From NCBI GenBank assembly GCA_010356995.1, contig ML996701.1:488963-552962 (forward strand): DNA of 64,000 nt, given 5' to 3'. The notes under the pieces were generated by a model. It saw only the letters and a program-made list of their open reading frames with translations, searched no databases and was not told the DNA's origin. This document shows, in pieces, positions 12,093 through 25,500 of the stretch (positions within the stretch are counted from its first letter, which is position 1; each line of letters begins with the position of its first letter). The DNA is from Trichodelitschia bisporula. Taxonomy: Eukaryota. The position numbers were made by a program, and so were the translations under genes.

Positions 12093-13305
12093 GATGGCGG
12101 GATGATAAGTAATAAGGTGGTTGTTAAGAATGCCGGTTAATTGATGAGTAGAGGGAGGTGAGGTACGTTGTAGGAGTGACGGGTAACTGAGGAGATGAAG
12201 TTGTAGAGATGTGAAGTTTAGACGAGATGGCGAGGTTGAAAAAAGGCGCTGCCCTGGACGTGGCATTGTGTGAAGCGTTGCGAGGCGCCATTGGTGTGGC
12301 GGCGCCTGGCGTGCATCGATTCCTTCGATCGGATACGGATTACTCCGTAAATACTGTTCTTCCGCGCTGCAGCAAGCGGATATAAAAATGCAGTAAAGCT
12401 ACTACTTCATGCAAGGGCAGTCCTGAGGCTCAGGTTTGCTCAAGTGATACACCGCTGTCATTTATCATCACATAAGATGTGGCGACGAGGTGACGCTACT
12501 ACGGATGTACTCAATACGGAGAAGTTACAGAAGAACCCGACTCCCGCAATACTGCAGCTAGGGCGCCACTATTATGTGCAGCAGAGTATGGATATCATGT
12601 CTTGGTGCGGATACTGCTCAAATCCGGGAAAGGCGAAAGTTACCTTCAGAGACAACGGTTAAGCGAAGTCAGACTGCGTGGAGGCCGGGCAGGAGTCACT
12701 CTGGGATCCCCACCAATTTTCCTATCAATACTTACTCGCTTCGCTCGATGGGCACTGCTAAGCCTCAGATAACACACATGCGTATTAGAACTACAGGGCA
12801 AGCGGGGGGAGATATACAAGTTGGATTTGTATAAACGAAGCTTCAACTCAAACTTCAATCGACGAGTTGCAATAGAGAGAAAATAACTCGAACAATGGGA
12901 AGACCCTGAGATGCGGCATTGAAATCCAGGACAGTCAAGTGATGCGGACCCGCAGTAAAAAACACCAATAGTGGGGGAAGAAGATCCGACACCACGATTG
13001 CTGCTCGTCATATGCTGTGCCAACAGTCAGGCCGTACACGAGGATAGTTCTCTCAGTGCGGCTTTACCACTTCGAACGGCTTGCTGATAAGAGTGTCAGT
13101 TGGAAACAGGCTTGCCTTATGACCGCAGGTGATCATAAAACGTTTGAAGAAGCTGAGACAAAGTCTGGACCGGCACTCAAACTTCCATTGCCCAAGTCGC
13201 CTCACTCACGCGGAACAGAGAATCAAGTCGCAAGTACTTTGTACAATTGAGTCTATGAAGCTGCGCCTTTCAGATCGAAGCCCTCTGGATATCCCTAGAT
13301 CAGAT

Positions 13306-13779
13306 CTAGTCTTTTCCGAACCACGTCTTGTGCCCCTACACACCATTAGCACCATCCCCTCCAGCAATATCACACTAAACCTACCAGAACCATACGGCCC
13401 ATCATGAACATAGTACCGCCAACCGCCGTCCACAGGCCAAGGTAGTAGGGATACAGCAAGATCTTGCTACGCGGCGTCTGCACCCATCAGCATCCACCCA
13501 TATATGCCCAGCAACACTCCACGCACCTTGTTCCACTGCCGAAGTCCATCGTGGCGCTGGAACAGCCGCTGGTAGTGCGGGACGCGGTTCTCGCGGTAAA
13601 CGAAGCTGCGCACATTAGCCCGGCTTGTTAACTATCCGTTCCGCGTCATCTGTGCCGAACCCGCGACCCTGTCCGGGAGCTGGACCGAGCTGTCCCGGAG
13701 CTGAGCCCGCGGCCGCGATGCGCCGGGCCGGGGTGTAGACGGACATGGTATAGAGAGAGTGCTAGACTTACCCGGCCAT
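13306..13779 (-). CDS. COX7: Cytochrome c oxidase subunit VII (69 aa, 4 exons; absent from the ORF track)
   Basis: Exons 13772-13779, 13527-13605, 13385-13477 and 13306-13335, with GTAAGT/GTGCGT/GTAGGT donors and GCTAAT/GCTGAT branch sites. They give MAGFVYRENRVPHYQRLFQRHDGLRQWNKTPRSKILLYPYYLGLWTAVGGTMFMMGRMVLGHKTWFGKD, resembling fungal Cox7 (N.V...Q..FQ ... PRS...LYP.Y). Confidence 0.88.
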
Positions 13780-14396
13780 TGTGGTAGTCGGAGCGTGGTG
13801 AGGCGGAGTGGAGAGGCGCAATTGCGGTGTTCGGGTGTGAGGTGGTGGTGCGATGAGCGCACGCCGAGCTTGAGGTGAAGGCCAAGACCGGGAGTGCTCG
13901 GGGCGGGAAATGGTTCTTCCGAGTATTCGATGATGGGATGGTAGTTTGGGACCGAGGAGAGCTTCAACCAATGTGGGACAGGATGGAAAGTTGTAGACTG
14001 AAAGCGGGAAAGTTCTTGATCTCCAACTTCCTCCGCTTAATACTTTTGAGCATGTTACCTGAGAGGTTCATGCTGTTGTAACCTTAATCGAATCCCATTT
14101 TAGCTCATGCAACAGCATCGATCATCTCCAAGTAGCACAAAACTCCGAGTTCCTGGTATCTAGTGAAGCCTACGGCAATACAATATGACCACATCTTCAG
14201 CATGTCTCCAAAGCCTTCGACAACTCCCGCTAATATATGCCAAAAAAGAAGTGAGGAACAAAGGGAAATCGCTGATGCATGAGTCCAGTGTCTCCAACAT
14301 CCAACACGTACAAAGCTCCGTAACCAAATCTCCAAGGCTGGTAGCGACAGACAAGAAGAGCACTCCAATCCCATTATCCCCGAATATTTCCAAAGA

Positions 14397-15746
14397 TCAG
14401 ACCCGAAACGGCGGCTTCTCCTGTCTCAGCGTCGGAATGGAGCTCTTCATCCTGAGCAACGACATCCTACGCGGCGTCCCCGTCCCTCCTTCAGTATCCT
14501 CCGACCGCGTCGATCCCAAACTCAATCTCGACCGCGTGTATTCCTTCCCCTTCACCGACCCTTGCCGAGACAATCGGCTGCTCGGCCGCGGAATCATACT
14601 GGCCTCCTCGTTATAGCTGGTGCGCGAGCTCGTCCGACGCGTAGGGTCGTAGTTCGCAGAGTAGCTGCCCGACTCGTATGCAGACTCCGAGTGATGTGGT
14701 GTTTCGAACGCAGTCGATGCGCGCCGCAGAGGTGTCGAAAACGTGCCCAACGAGGGCCGTAGGTGCGATTCGTAGTTGGAGGCTGAGCGCTGCAGCGTCC
14801 GCTCGAAGTGATCCGGTGTGTTCACGTTGTGCGGCGATTCGAAGTAGCTGGGAGGACGCGAGGTGGTGGGGGAGTCGAAGGAGCCGCCGTCAAAGGGGTT
14901 CGGGGGCTCGAGGAGCTGCGATGAGTCGAGCTGCTGCGATGAATCGAGGTGCTGCGAAGAATCGGTGGGTCCTTCATCCGAGGAATAGAGCTGAGGCACA
15001 TCGCTGTCCTCCACGCTCTTCTCCTTCTCCCTCTTGCGTTCCCTCTCGCGCTCTTCCCGCTTCTCCCGCTCCTTCTCCTCCCCCGCCCTCGCAGCGCACT
15101 CCTCTACCCTCCTCACAATGTTCCTCTCCGCAACCACAAGCCTCTTCTCCAACTCCCCCAACCTCCCCTCCGTCCTTTCCCCAATCACCCCCGCAATCTT
15201 CTCCTGCGCATCCACAATCCGACCCTGCGTCTCCGCCAGCTGTCCCAACGCAACCGCAATCTCCTGCTGAGCATTGGCCAGGAACTTGACGGCGGCGTCG
15301 AGGCTCTCCAGCGTCCGCCGCTCCTCCACCATATTCGCCTTCCGCGTCTCATCCGCTTCTCTTTCTCGCGCCTCCGCTGCCCGTCGCCGCCGCGTTTCTG
15401 TGTAGAGACCGAGGACGCTGCATGTCAGCCCGATGACGAGGAGCGGCAGCCCGATATACGCGCTCAGCACCTGCGACCGCGCATACTCGTGCTGCAGGGG
15501 ATCAGCAGGCGAAAAACCCGCCGCATCGGTGCCGTTCGCTTTATCCATATCGAAAGGAGAGAGTGTAGCGAGGGCAGCGAGCACAGCGACAACGATGCCA
15601 GCAAGCGTAACAACGGGGCCGAGGGCAGGGAGCGAGGCGGTCGAAGCGAGCGAAGCGGTCCTAGCGGTTGAAAAAAGCTTCACCAGGCCGTCTCTCAGAT
15701 CAGACACAGGCTGGGCACGGGTATCGGTCTTCGCAGACGCAGTCAT
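14397..15746 (-). CDS. Hypothetical membrane protein (2 TM helices, coiled coil, Ser-rich tail)
   Basis: 449-aa ORF with two hydrophobic segments (VVTLAGIVVAVLAALATL; AYIGLPLLVIGLTCSVLGLY), an E/R-rich coiled coil and DSSQ(H/Q/L)L x3 repeats. No family recognised. Confidence 0.65.
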   Translation of the reverse strand: MTASAKTDTRAQPVSDLRDGLVKLFSTARTASLASTASLPALGPVVTLAGIVVAVLAALATLSPFDMDKANGTDAAGFSPADPLQHEYARSQVLSAYIGLPLLVIGLTCSVLGLYTETRRRRAAEAREREADETRKANMVEERRTLESLDAAVKFLANAQQEIAVALGQLAETQGRIVDAQEKIAGVIGERTEGRLGELEKRLVVAERNIVRRVEECAARAGEEKEREKREERERERKREKEKSVEDSDVPQLYSSDEGPTDSSQHLDSSQQLDSSQLLEPPNPFDGGSFDSPTTSRPPSYFESPHNVNTPDHFERTLQRSASNYESHLRPSLGTFSTPLRRASTAFETPHHSESAYESGSYSANYDPTRRTSSRTSYNEEASMIPRPSSRLSRQGSVKGKEYTRSRLSLGSTRSEDTEGGTGTPRRMSLLRMKSSIPTLRQEKPPFRV

Positions 15747-16603
15747 GATGCGCGGGCGGTGCTAGTTGTTGTCGTTGCAAAAAAAAAGGACTGCGTAGCA
15801 TATGGTCCCTGCTCAAGACACTACCCGATGCGTTGTGCAAGGCCGGACGCGCGGATTGGTTCGTCTGCGCAAAAGGAACGACGCGTTTGGCGGGGCGCGC
15901 GGGCACGGGGTGCGGACGAGCGTGCGCGCGGAGACCCGGTGGGGTAAATAAACTGCCGGATGCGGCGCTGGGTGATGTTTGAACGAGTGAAGGCAAGAGA
16001 TGCGGCGTCTGTCTCGGGTGAGATCGTCGGGAGATGCGGTCTAGGTGCTGGGATCGCCAGATGCTGGCGGAGCGGCGGTCATGACGACGGTGCAAGCTCA
16101 GGGGCTGGAACTTGTGAACTCCGCTGGAATGGCCGATGCGGATATGGAGGCTCTGGCCGGTGCATTTTGAATCGCGGGGTTTGATGTTGCGGAGGTGCTG
16201 GGATGGCGGAGCAAGGTGCGGAGTGTATCACGTGCATCGCGGAATGCTGACGATGGAGTTGATCGTCACGACTGCTCGGAAGTCTACATTGGCCTGCCAG
16301 AGTATTCTGGTCTCATTGAGACTCATGAAGATGCTGTGTGCTCTCTTTTCCGTGAGAACTAATGAAAACTAGCGTTCTGGTCAGGGTCCTAGATTTACCG
16401 TACATGATTTTCCCTTTGCTCCACAAAGGATTTGAAGCTCAATTCTTTCTGGCATGTGAAGGACCCCTCGTCAAGATAAAGTTATCGTAAGTCCGTCTTC
16501 TATCAGTCAATGAGACGTTTCTAGTGGTCTTGAAGGAAGTACAAATATCATTGTGCACACCACCGCCTTCACAAACCAAACAAAGCTCTATTACCACACC
16601 TAT

Positions 16604-19420
16604 CTACGTAACCAACTGCCACCGCATATCAATCTGCTTTCTCCTCACCAGCGGCCCAACAACCAACACCCCCACCGCCAGCGCCGCCACCGTCATAATC
16701 ATCTGCCCCTTATTAAACTCCTGCCCAAGCACATCAAAGCTCCCGCTCGGCGTAACCCTCGTGCCAAAAACATCAATCCCATAAGCCGCCACCAAACTCG
16801 TGCTCTCAATCACCGCCGGCGCAGTAACGATATCATCAACCAGCACCTCACGCGCATGATTTAAATACCAGCGCCCATCGATATCCACCAGCGGCGCATA
16901 CTTCACCAACCCCTCCGCCGCCTCCTGCGCACTCGCCTCACGCCCAATTGGCCGCCGTGCATCAATCGCACCGAGCGGAATCCCCGCCACGGCCTGACTA
17001 TCCGGCAACACGGCCAGAAGCAGCCGGCTCGTAATACCCTGGCGCGTATGCGTAACCGCAAGGCGCGAAATCGCCTCAGGGACAACATACGCGCGGGTCT
17101 CGACATGTGGCTTCCGGGGGACAGTAGCGCCGGGCGCGGCCTGTAGTGACGAGTAGTTCGCACTCGCGCCCAGCGGGCCGCGATCGTTCGGCATATCCGA
17201 CTCGTAGAGCTCGGCGAACGCGAGTTGGTAGCCCTGGGATGGGGATGTGGGGCCCGCGAGCGTGGTGAATGAGTATGCGAACCAGTTCTCGGATATGGTA
17301 GAGGCGATGGTTTGCGTTGTGTCGACGCCGGCGTGGGCGGCGGCGTAGAGGACGCTGCCTGATACGCCGTCGAGTAGGTAGAGGGTGGCTGTGCGTGCGG
17401 CGTCCGAGACGGCGGTCACGAGGACTGCGTTCGGATTTAGGTACTTGTAGAGTACGCGGCGGTCGCCGAGCACCTTTCCAATGGACGCGACGGGATCGAC
17501 GGCTGGTCGGGGCGAGATGCCGACAACACGCTCGCCATCAGCAGGCGCGAAAGTCCAGAGAGCATCAGACTGGCCATTCAAACGCCCGACCACAGCACCA
17601 TCTTGAAGAGCGAACTTAACCACCGTTGCGTTGCCGGACGTTGACGACGCAGCGTCCGTGCCGCTGCGCAGAAATTTGCCCGTTGACGTATCGAAAACGG
17701 CATGGAAACCACGGCCCTTAACCCGAACGACGCCAGCCGGCGATGCGCGCAGCGCAAGGCTAGGCGTTTCGTCCGCGCGGTAATTAACCAGTGGGGCGTT
17801 CCAAACGATGGCACCACCATTCGCCGCATCGAGACCAATCAGACGCCCGTTCTTTGTAGCTGCAACGAGGAATTTGTGAAACCCAAATGAGTCGGTCTTG
17901 GCTCCCGTCGCAGCAGCCCTACCCGAGAGCGACGCCAGCATACTCGCAGGTAAGCTCGAAAGGAAGGCGGGAAGCTTCTGCAGATCCCTTACGTGCCGCT
18001 TCAGGCGGTGCACGTACGCCGCCACGACCGTTGCGTGCTCCTCGATTTCCAGCTCGCGTGCCAATCCTTCCTTTTGAGGCAGTTCAGCGAAAGTGGCAGC
18101 GGCCGTTAGAGCCAGGGCTTCGGGGCGCGACCACGAAGGCTCACCGTTAAGGATCAGTACCCAATCGCCGCTCGCGAGCAGAACGGCTGCGCGCACCGCG
18201 TGGCGCGTTCCGGCCCGGGGAAGCACCTCGGAAATGGCCTGCACGGGGGACGGATGATCCACAAGGGCCGGTACGCCAAAATCATTTAGCATGTACCGCT
18301 CGATAATGCCATGGGACGCCGATGAGACGACCATCAAGGCGCCTTTGGCCACACGCGTGAAGAAGACATTGGCGTCGGACGTGCTGACGGCGAAGGCACC
18401 GCCACCGGCAAGCTTCGGCAAATCATACGCTTTGCTGATCGACGTCTTCTTCAGGTCGATATGATACACTTCGGCCCAGTGGCTGTCATCCGAGTGGTAT
18501 TGAACCAAGAAATGGGGCAAGGAGTTGACGCGTTGCGGAGCACGGATAGCGACATGTTTGACGGCCTTGTCCAGGGCAAATGTGGAGACGGATTTCGTTC
18601 CGAGCACGTTGACTTTAAGAGCGGTGTTGCCCTTGTTGGTCCACGCCACAATGGGCGTTGCGGCCGAGCCCGTGAAGATGACGTCGTCGGCAGATGCAAC
18701 CTCACTATCCGCGATGGACTGGTGATCCGTCTTCTGACCGGTGACGGTATCAATGGTGGCAACCTTGAGATTGAGGTTGCCGACGACTGTGCTGTGCAGG
18801 GACAGATAGTAGGCGTTGGATGCGGAGATGGACACCTGAAAGGGGGCATCGCCACTTGCACCGTCAGAAAGGAAGCAGAATTCGACATTGACCTACCTCA
18901 CGTCCTCCCACTGCCACTTAGGTTCCCCGGTCTCGCCCTGAAGCCGTAGCATCGTTGGACGAGCGCCGTCCACTAGCACGAGCAGGTCGGGAGCGCCTTC
19001 CGTCTCAACCAACTCCAGGTCCTTCACGCTGACGCCAGTATCAAAAGTGCGCGACCACACCAGACGGCCGTCCGAGGCACTCCAAGCGGCAATCTCATTC
19101 GCCAGGGCACTGAAAACCACATCCGACTTGTCAGCCGCCCGCAATAACGCGCCACGGCCGTCCGGGTGTATGCGACGCAGGTCCTGCCGCCAGACGAGCT
19201 CGCCATTCTTCGGGTTGATTGCCCCCAGAACTGCCTGCTCCGAAAGTGTGTAGATGAGCGAGGCTTTGGTTTCGGGGCGCGGTTGGTGAAAGAGCGTGGT
19301 CTGTTCTTGCGGGAGACCGAGTAGCGCATGGTGGTAATCAATCTGGTAAGCTTCGTCGGCGAAGACGGCCAAGGCAGAGGGGAGCGCCGCGAGGGCCGCA
19401 AAAGCGGCTATTAGGCGCAT
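16604..19420 (-). CDS. EMC1: ER membrane protein complex subunit 1
   Basis: Signal peptide followed by AVFADEAYQIDYHHALLG. PQQ-like beta-propeller repeats, VASIGKVLGDRRVLYKYLNPN, ESTSLVAAYGIDVFGTRVTPSGSFDVL and a C-terminal TM helix. One 42-nt intron 18855-18896. Confidence 0.95.
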
Positions 19421-19642
19421 AGTGAGGGTGTGCGCGGATATCCGCAAGTGCACGAGATGCCCGGAGATAGGCGGACGCGACAATTTGGTGTAGGACGTGG
19501 AGACTCTTCGCGTTGCAGTTACAGACGACGTATTTGCACCGCCGCAGATACGGGGTTCGGTGGAGCGTTCGGCCGGCCCGGTGGCTAGTGAGCGGCTTGT
19601 GGCGGGAGCTAGGTGTGGCGGTGGAATCTTTCGTGGCTCGTT

Positions 19643-19707
19643 GCACGTGGCGGTGTGATCGCTTCTCCACACATGTTGCTCGTGCACGTCGCACGTGGCG
19701 GTGTGAT
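19643..19707. promoter_or_regulatory. Duplicated 17-bp element GCACGTGGCGGTGTGAT (CACGTG core) upstream of EMC1
   Basis: Identical copies at 19643-19659 and 19691-19707, 220-290 bp upstream of the EMC1 ATG. The regulatory role is inferred only. Confidence 0.4.
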
Positions 19708-21642
19708 TGCAAGAAGAAAGACCACAACTAGGGAATTGTCATTGGACAAAGTCTGAAAGCGGATTCTGCTCCGCTTCGACCCTATCATACCGTCGGAACA
19801 CCGAGCATCTGCACAGCGATAGTTCATCTCGTCGGCTCCGCGTCCAAAGTGTCGTCATCAACCGAGTCGATAGCACCCGCCGTTCGTGCTACCGAATGGG
19901 AGCCTTCCGACATATCGTAAATCGCGCGGAACCTTCGACCACGTTGCACCCAACACGCAACCCCCACCCCGTTAGCAACCCACTGCTGCGGCGCACGGCG
20001 GCCACGGCGTCTGTGTCGTGCAATCGGAGCGAGGCACCCGCAGCTCTGGGATCCCGAGCTGGCGCTGGCGCTGCCATGGGGCGAACCGCCGGTCCCTGAC
20101 GGGTAACAACGCACAAAGCGGCGACGCAAAGCCAGAGCGTGTCCTTCGGGACCTCATCGCGGTCCCATCGGGCAGTCGGCTCCCCGCAAAGTTATGGGGA
20201 TTCTCGTTTCCATCTCGCAAAAGTGTAAAAATGATAATACGGATTAAGCAGAGACCAATGGCCGTTGATGCACTTATTGGCCCCCGGCTTCTCCTCTCAT
20301 GAAGTCACCCGGCCGTTTGGGCTCAAGGAAACTCGTTGCCATCAAGAACCCCTCCCCCCCGCTTCCCACGTGTGATTCGCGGCATGCTGCGCGAGGACTG
20401 GCGAATAACACGGCATCGCCGGGTGGGAAACAGGCGTGACAAGGCAAAGTAGAGGGCAAAAGGCAAGGCCGGCGGCGGCGGCGTACGGCGAGGGTTTCTT
20501 TCATAAAGACGGCTGTGCCTGGTGCCTGGTGCCTCTTGACAAATATCAACTGAACCGTCCACTTCCTCGGCTCGATCCAACTCCTTCATCTCATCTGTCG
20601 CATTCCTTTAGCTCTCTTTAGTCCTCTCACATAACAAGCAAGAGACCACTCATAAAGTACGACCAGTATTGCGACTACAGTATTACCATCTACTCCGCAT
20701 GTGCTAGTTCCAACCTAATCGAACCCTGACCACAGCGTTCGCAACCGCCAATTATCCTCATCATCCATAGCACACGCACGGTGACGGCACGAATCCAGGT
20801 GAGCTTCATCCAAATTCGAGCATGCCCTCGTCTCGTCCACAGACCGCCGTCCACAATGACGAAGAAATGGAAAAAAAAGAAAAGACTAGCATGTCATTCG
20901 AAGGGCTTGTCTGCTTTGCCTTGTCGTGGCCCTCCCCTGTTACCCTCCCCTGATCTCTTCCCCTCCCTCCTCTCCCGGCCACGCGAGCCAACGCTCAGCG
21001 GCGCTGCTGCGGCCGGAAACGACCTGCACAGGGCAACAGGAACAGGCAAGACACAAGCACAGGCACGGCTTTATGAATTTCATCATGGCATTGGCATGTG
21101 GTTCGCGTGTCGCCGTCTGAGTCTCTGAGCCTGCGCTGAGAGAGCCTGTGAGCCACTGGCACTCCTCCATTACACATTCACACCAACTTTTTTTCTCTCG
21201 GCAAGCGAGGTGCGTGCTGGAAAGCGGAAGAGCTTACTTATTGAGAGTCCCATCCGCCCACTTCCAGAGGACAGAGAAGCCCCGAAAGCAGCACATCTTG
21301 TGTCTTCCTTCAGCAACCTCGCAAAGCCGAGCATCTCAACGCTTCGTTTCCCGCCCTTCCCCATATCTTATCCTGCAATACCAAGGCAACGCTTTGGCCC
21401 TCTCCAGCTCCAGCCCCACGCACGCTATTCCTCCCTAGCCAGCTTCCCCATCTTCTAGACTTTTACCGCATCCGTCCTTGGGGCGCCCTTAGGTCCCAGT
21501 AGTTCTTCTACCTCATCAGCCCCCGAGAGCTGTGCCCCTTCCCTCGCGACGTCGGGAACCTTTTGGACCCGCCGCCGCCCACATCTTCCGCATTTTCTAT
21601 GGGCAGCATCCTATCGACGCGCACCCGTCATCGCCGCACGCA

Positions 21643-22557
21643 ATGGCCCCGAGGTAGACCTCACTTTCACCACACTATTGGCTGAGATGCGAGGTAGCCG
21701 CTAACGTACCTGTTGAACGCAGAGAATACAACATCGTGGTCCTAGGCGCAGGTGGCGTGGGCAAGAGCTGTCTCACTGGTTCGCTTCCCTTCGTACGGCC
21801 TTGCACGAAACTTTCGGGCTGACGACACGCAGCACAGTTTGTGCAGGAGATTTGGATTGAGAGTTATGACCCAACAATCGAAGATTCGTACCGCAAGCAG
21901 CTCGAAGTCGATGTGCGTTCCTCGATCCGCAACTCACAGAAATTTGGTTGACAAGTCAGGGACGAACTGTGGTGCTTGAGATCCTCGATACCGCCGGCAC
22001 GGAGCAGTTTAGTGAGTTTCTCCGGACCTTCCTCCGCAAGCAGAGCTAACCGCGATTTCGTAGCTGCCATGAGGTACACCCACCCCCGCATATTTTTCCG
22101 ACCAACACTCATATTGTGATTCAGAGAACTCTACATGAAAACCGGGCAGGGCTTCCTCCTCGTCTTCAGCATCACGTCACAGTCTTCACTTGACGAACTC
22201 AACGACCTCCGCGACCAAATTATTCGCATCAAGGACGACGAACGCGTTCCCATTGTTCTTGTAGGCAACAAATCTGACCTTGAGGAGGATCGCGTCGTGT
22301 CGCGTGCGCATGCTTTCCGCGTGTCCCAGCGCTGGGGTAACGCGCCTTATTACGAAACGTCTGCACGGCGTCGCGCGAACGTGGACGAAGTGTTCCGCGA
22401 TCTCTGCCGCCAAATCATCAGACGCGACATGGAAATGACGCGTGGGAGTTACCCGGCACGCGATGACTACGGAGGTAGTGGACGTGACCGGCAGCGCAAG
22501 CGGCGCAGCCGGACCAAGAGCAAAAAAGATAGTGGGATTCATTGTACGATACTCTGA
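21643..22557 (+). CDS. RSR1: Ras-family GTPase Rsr1/Bud1 (Rap1-like)
   Basis: Spliced product [94 protein letters not shown] (CAAX). DTAGTEQF is the Rap/Rsr1 signature. Includes a 10-nt exon at 22064-22073. Confidence 0.95.
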
Positions 22558-25500
22558 TTTCTGAGGCCTGATTCGGAGGCCTATTCTAGGAGTCGGGTTG
22601 TGGGTTCTGGGCAGTTCCTAAGGACGTGGGTTGGGGGCGATACCTGGTTGGAGTTGAGCGGTCCTGGTGGCTTCTCTGTGCGATTACTGTTTCTTTCTTT
22701 CTCGTGTCTTTTTTCCGGTCCTCGGATCTGCGTACGAGGAATGTGGGTACGGCCTGCTGGTTTCTTTTGGGTTTTCACAGGAAGCGCAAGGGATGGGTGT
22801 TGCATCGGCATGACGGTTGGGTGGGGGTTGGATGTCTCTAGGACGTTGGACGCGGATCTGTCTGCTATGCTTTCCGTTGGCTCTGCTTGTTTGATTGCGC
22901 ATATAGACGGGGCTGGTGCACTATAGACTTGCAATTGCTGCTTTGTGTGTCGTCTTGCCTTTTGCGCTCTCTGGACAAAATAAAAAGATGAGATCAGGGA
23001 GGAGAAGCGAGCAATGTCCCCAAGAATAGACCTGCAGCAGCGTTGATCAACGTCATTATGAAACACGCGTCCCCGTCCGCAAATTCCTTCTCGAACGCCC
23101 GGAACACCCAACCCACGTCATAGCCTCTCAGGGCAAGGCACATGGCCATCCTTCATCCTTCCGCCATCCTTCTGGAAGCCGGTTCAATATTCCACTACGG
23201 TCAATGTTACACAACCTGCCCCGCACTTCCCCCTTCCATTGAGCGAAATCAGCGAAAGGCAATGGCTGCGAGCGAATCGCACACCTCTCCCGACGTTGAA
23301 TTGATGTTGCCTGTGCTACGGTATGCTGATGTGCGATTGGTCTAACTTGGAATGAGGTGTGGTGCCGTCATAGCTGTGATGGGTGAGCGTTTCGGCTAAT
23401 GCAGGCACGGGCGGGGCGGCTGGGGGGATCGGCGCTGGGAGGTGGGGTGATGCGCGTGTGGGTTGGATTGGGGAGGGGTGTTCGCGGATTTGGTCGCGAA
23501 GATTATGGTACGGCGACTATGGAGGAGATTGAGTGTTCAACTGTGATATTAAGACGGAGAAGATGCTGTGCTCACTCACGATACTCATACGTAGTGGGGA
23601 AGATAGCAACGGTGCTCTTCACTCCCGACCGCAAGCGGATGTCGGAGAAGCTAGCCAGAGGCGGAAATCTTGGTGGGGTTATCGAGCGGCCAGGGCCGAA
23701 GCCCATTTCCGGAGCCGAAGTCACCTAAAAGAGATCCGCATCGCGAGCGGGTACGATACGTTACGGTCGTGAATTGGTGGGGAAACGCGTCGCGGCCAGA
23801 CCCGTTTACGGGCCGGTTTACGGGCCGTGCTGCGACTTCCGCTGACCGGGTGGTCGGGAGCTGTGATTCGGGAGTGGTGCGGGAGTGATGAACGCGGGGT
23901 AAGGCCCGGGCGGAGGAGGGGCGGGATTTACGGTGCGGGAAGCCGGGTTAGGGCGAGGTGAGTTTGAGATGCGGAGGTGAAGCTTCCGGTATGAAGTGGT
24001 GAGGCGGGTGGAGGACTATGCGCGTGCGACATGACTCGGGATGAACTACTCGTTCAAGATGATATCTCGAGATGATATCGCCTTGGATGGAGGTCGAGAT
24101 TCCAGCCACTTTCGCACGAAGTGTACTGAACGATTTAGGCTTTTCTACTTGTGCCAGTTGGTGCTTAGAGTTTTTACTACAGCCTTAACGACGTAGATCA
24201 ATGCTTCTGAATTTACGCGGGACAGTTGATAGCAACCGGTTGAATTAAAGGTGTACATCATAAACGGTCTTCTTTGGAGATGTCATCATCTTGATATGAT
24301 GATCGTCCAACAGTCCAACGGTCTACGTTGTACGTTGGCATGCTCTATCTATCTCGCTTGTGAGCGATCTGACATCCGATCCGATCATCCCCATGGGACA
24401 CATCCGTCTGTCCCAATCACTGCTCATCCTCTGTGGCATACCCGTCGTTCTTGATCTGACGTCTGTAGGCTGCACTTCTTCTGCCTATCGTATTCATCAT
24501 GCATGCAATGACTAACTGGAGATAGTGTCATTGCTGCAGACTACATCCGTAGTTGTGAGCGTAAGGCTGAAATGGTAATTCTGATGCTGACTCTGAAAGT
24601 GCTGTATGCGAACATGGGAATCGGTCATACTGATTTTACGGAGGAACACGAGCCACCACGATTTAAGAGAGGTGACGAACATGAACAGCTCGGTTAAGAA
24701 AGGGCGAGCATCGAAATTCATCCTTGAAGCAGGAATATCCCAGTTAACACTTCCCGCCCTCAACTCCTGAACGACCCGAGCATGTGGTTAGTGTTGGTAA
24801 CACCAACGTACCAACCGCGGCGCCGGAATTTGTACGGATATACCGTAGTACTTCGTATAAGATTGCAAGCTGAACCGGCCGATAATCAGGCCCATTATTG
24901 AACATCGTAGTATCATAGCGTTGCCGATCCGCACTCTCCTCTCCCCAACCTCCACACCCCGCAGTCAATTCCCGGAGAAGAGGGCCGTCAATAGCGCGTG
25001 GCGTCTCAGCATCCAGCGCAAGAAGATGAGACAAGGCCGCCACAACGGTACGCAGGGTAGAAAAATGGCTTTAGGCGCAGCGGCACAGTACGAATAGGTG
25101 CGGCCCATCGAAAAGAGGGTCGAAGAATATCGAAATGTGGGGCGGCAGAGTCAGCGATCGGCCCTGCAGCCAGTAAGCGGCATATTGAGCTCAAGAGCGC
25201 GGTCCCGTCGGTGTGATGAGGTCCCGTAGCTACTTGAAGGGAAGCCTTGAGGCCGCCAGTTTAGACTTTATGCCAAGTAGCTGTGATGCCGAGTAGCTGT
25301 GCATCATCACGATGTACGGATGTAACCGGCCTCAGCAGTGGATATGCTCGATATCGCCACTCGAGTCACGCAAAGACGAAAAGTGGGGAAGCGCGGACAT
25401 CATATCGGATGCGGTAAAGTTCCAGAAGCTTATTTGACGGCGTCGACGGTAAGCTTTCCCGCAGATGAAAAATTCGAGGTGTCCGCGAGTCAAGCTCGCC

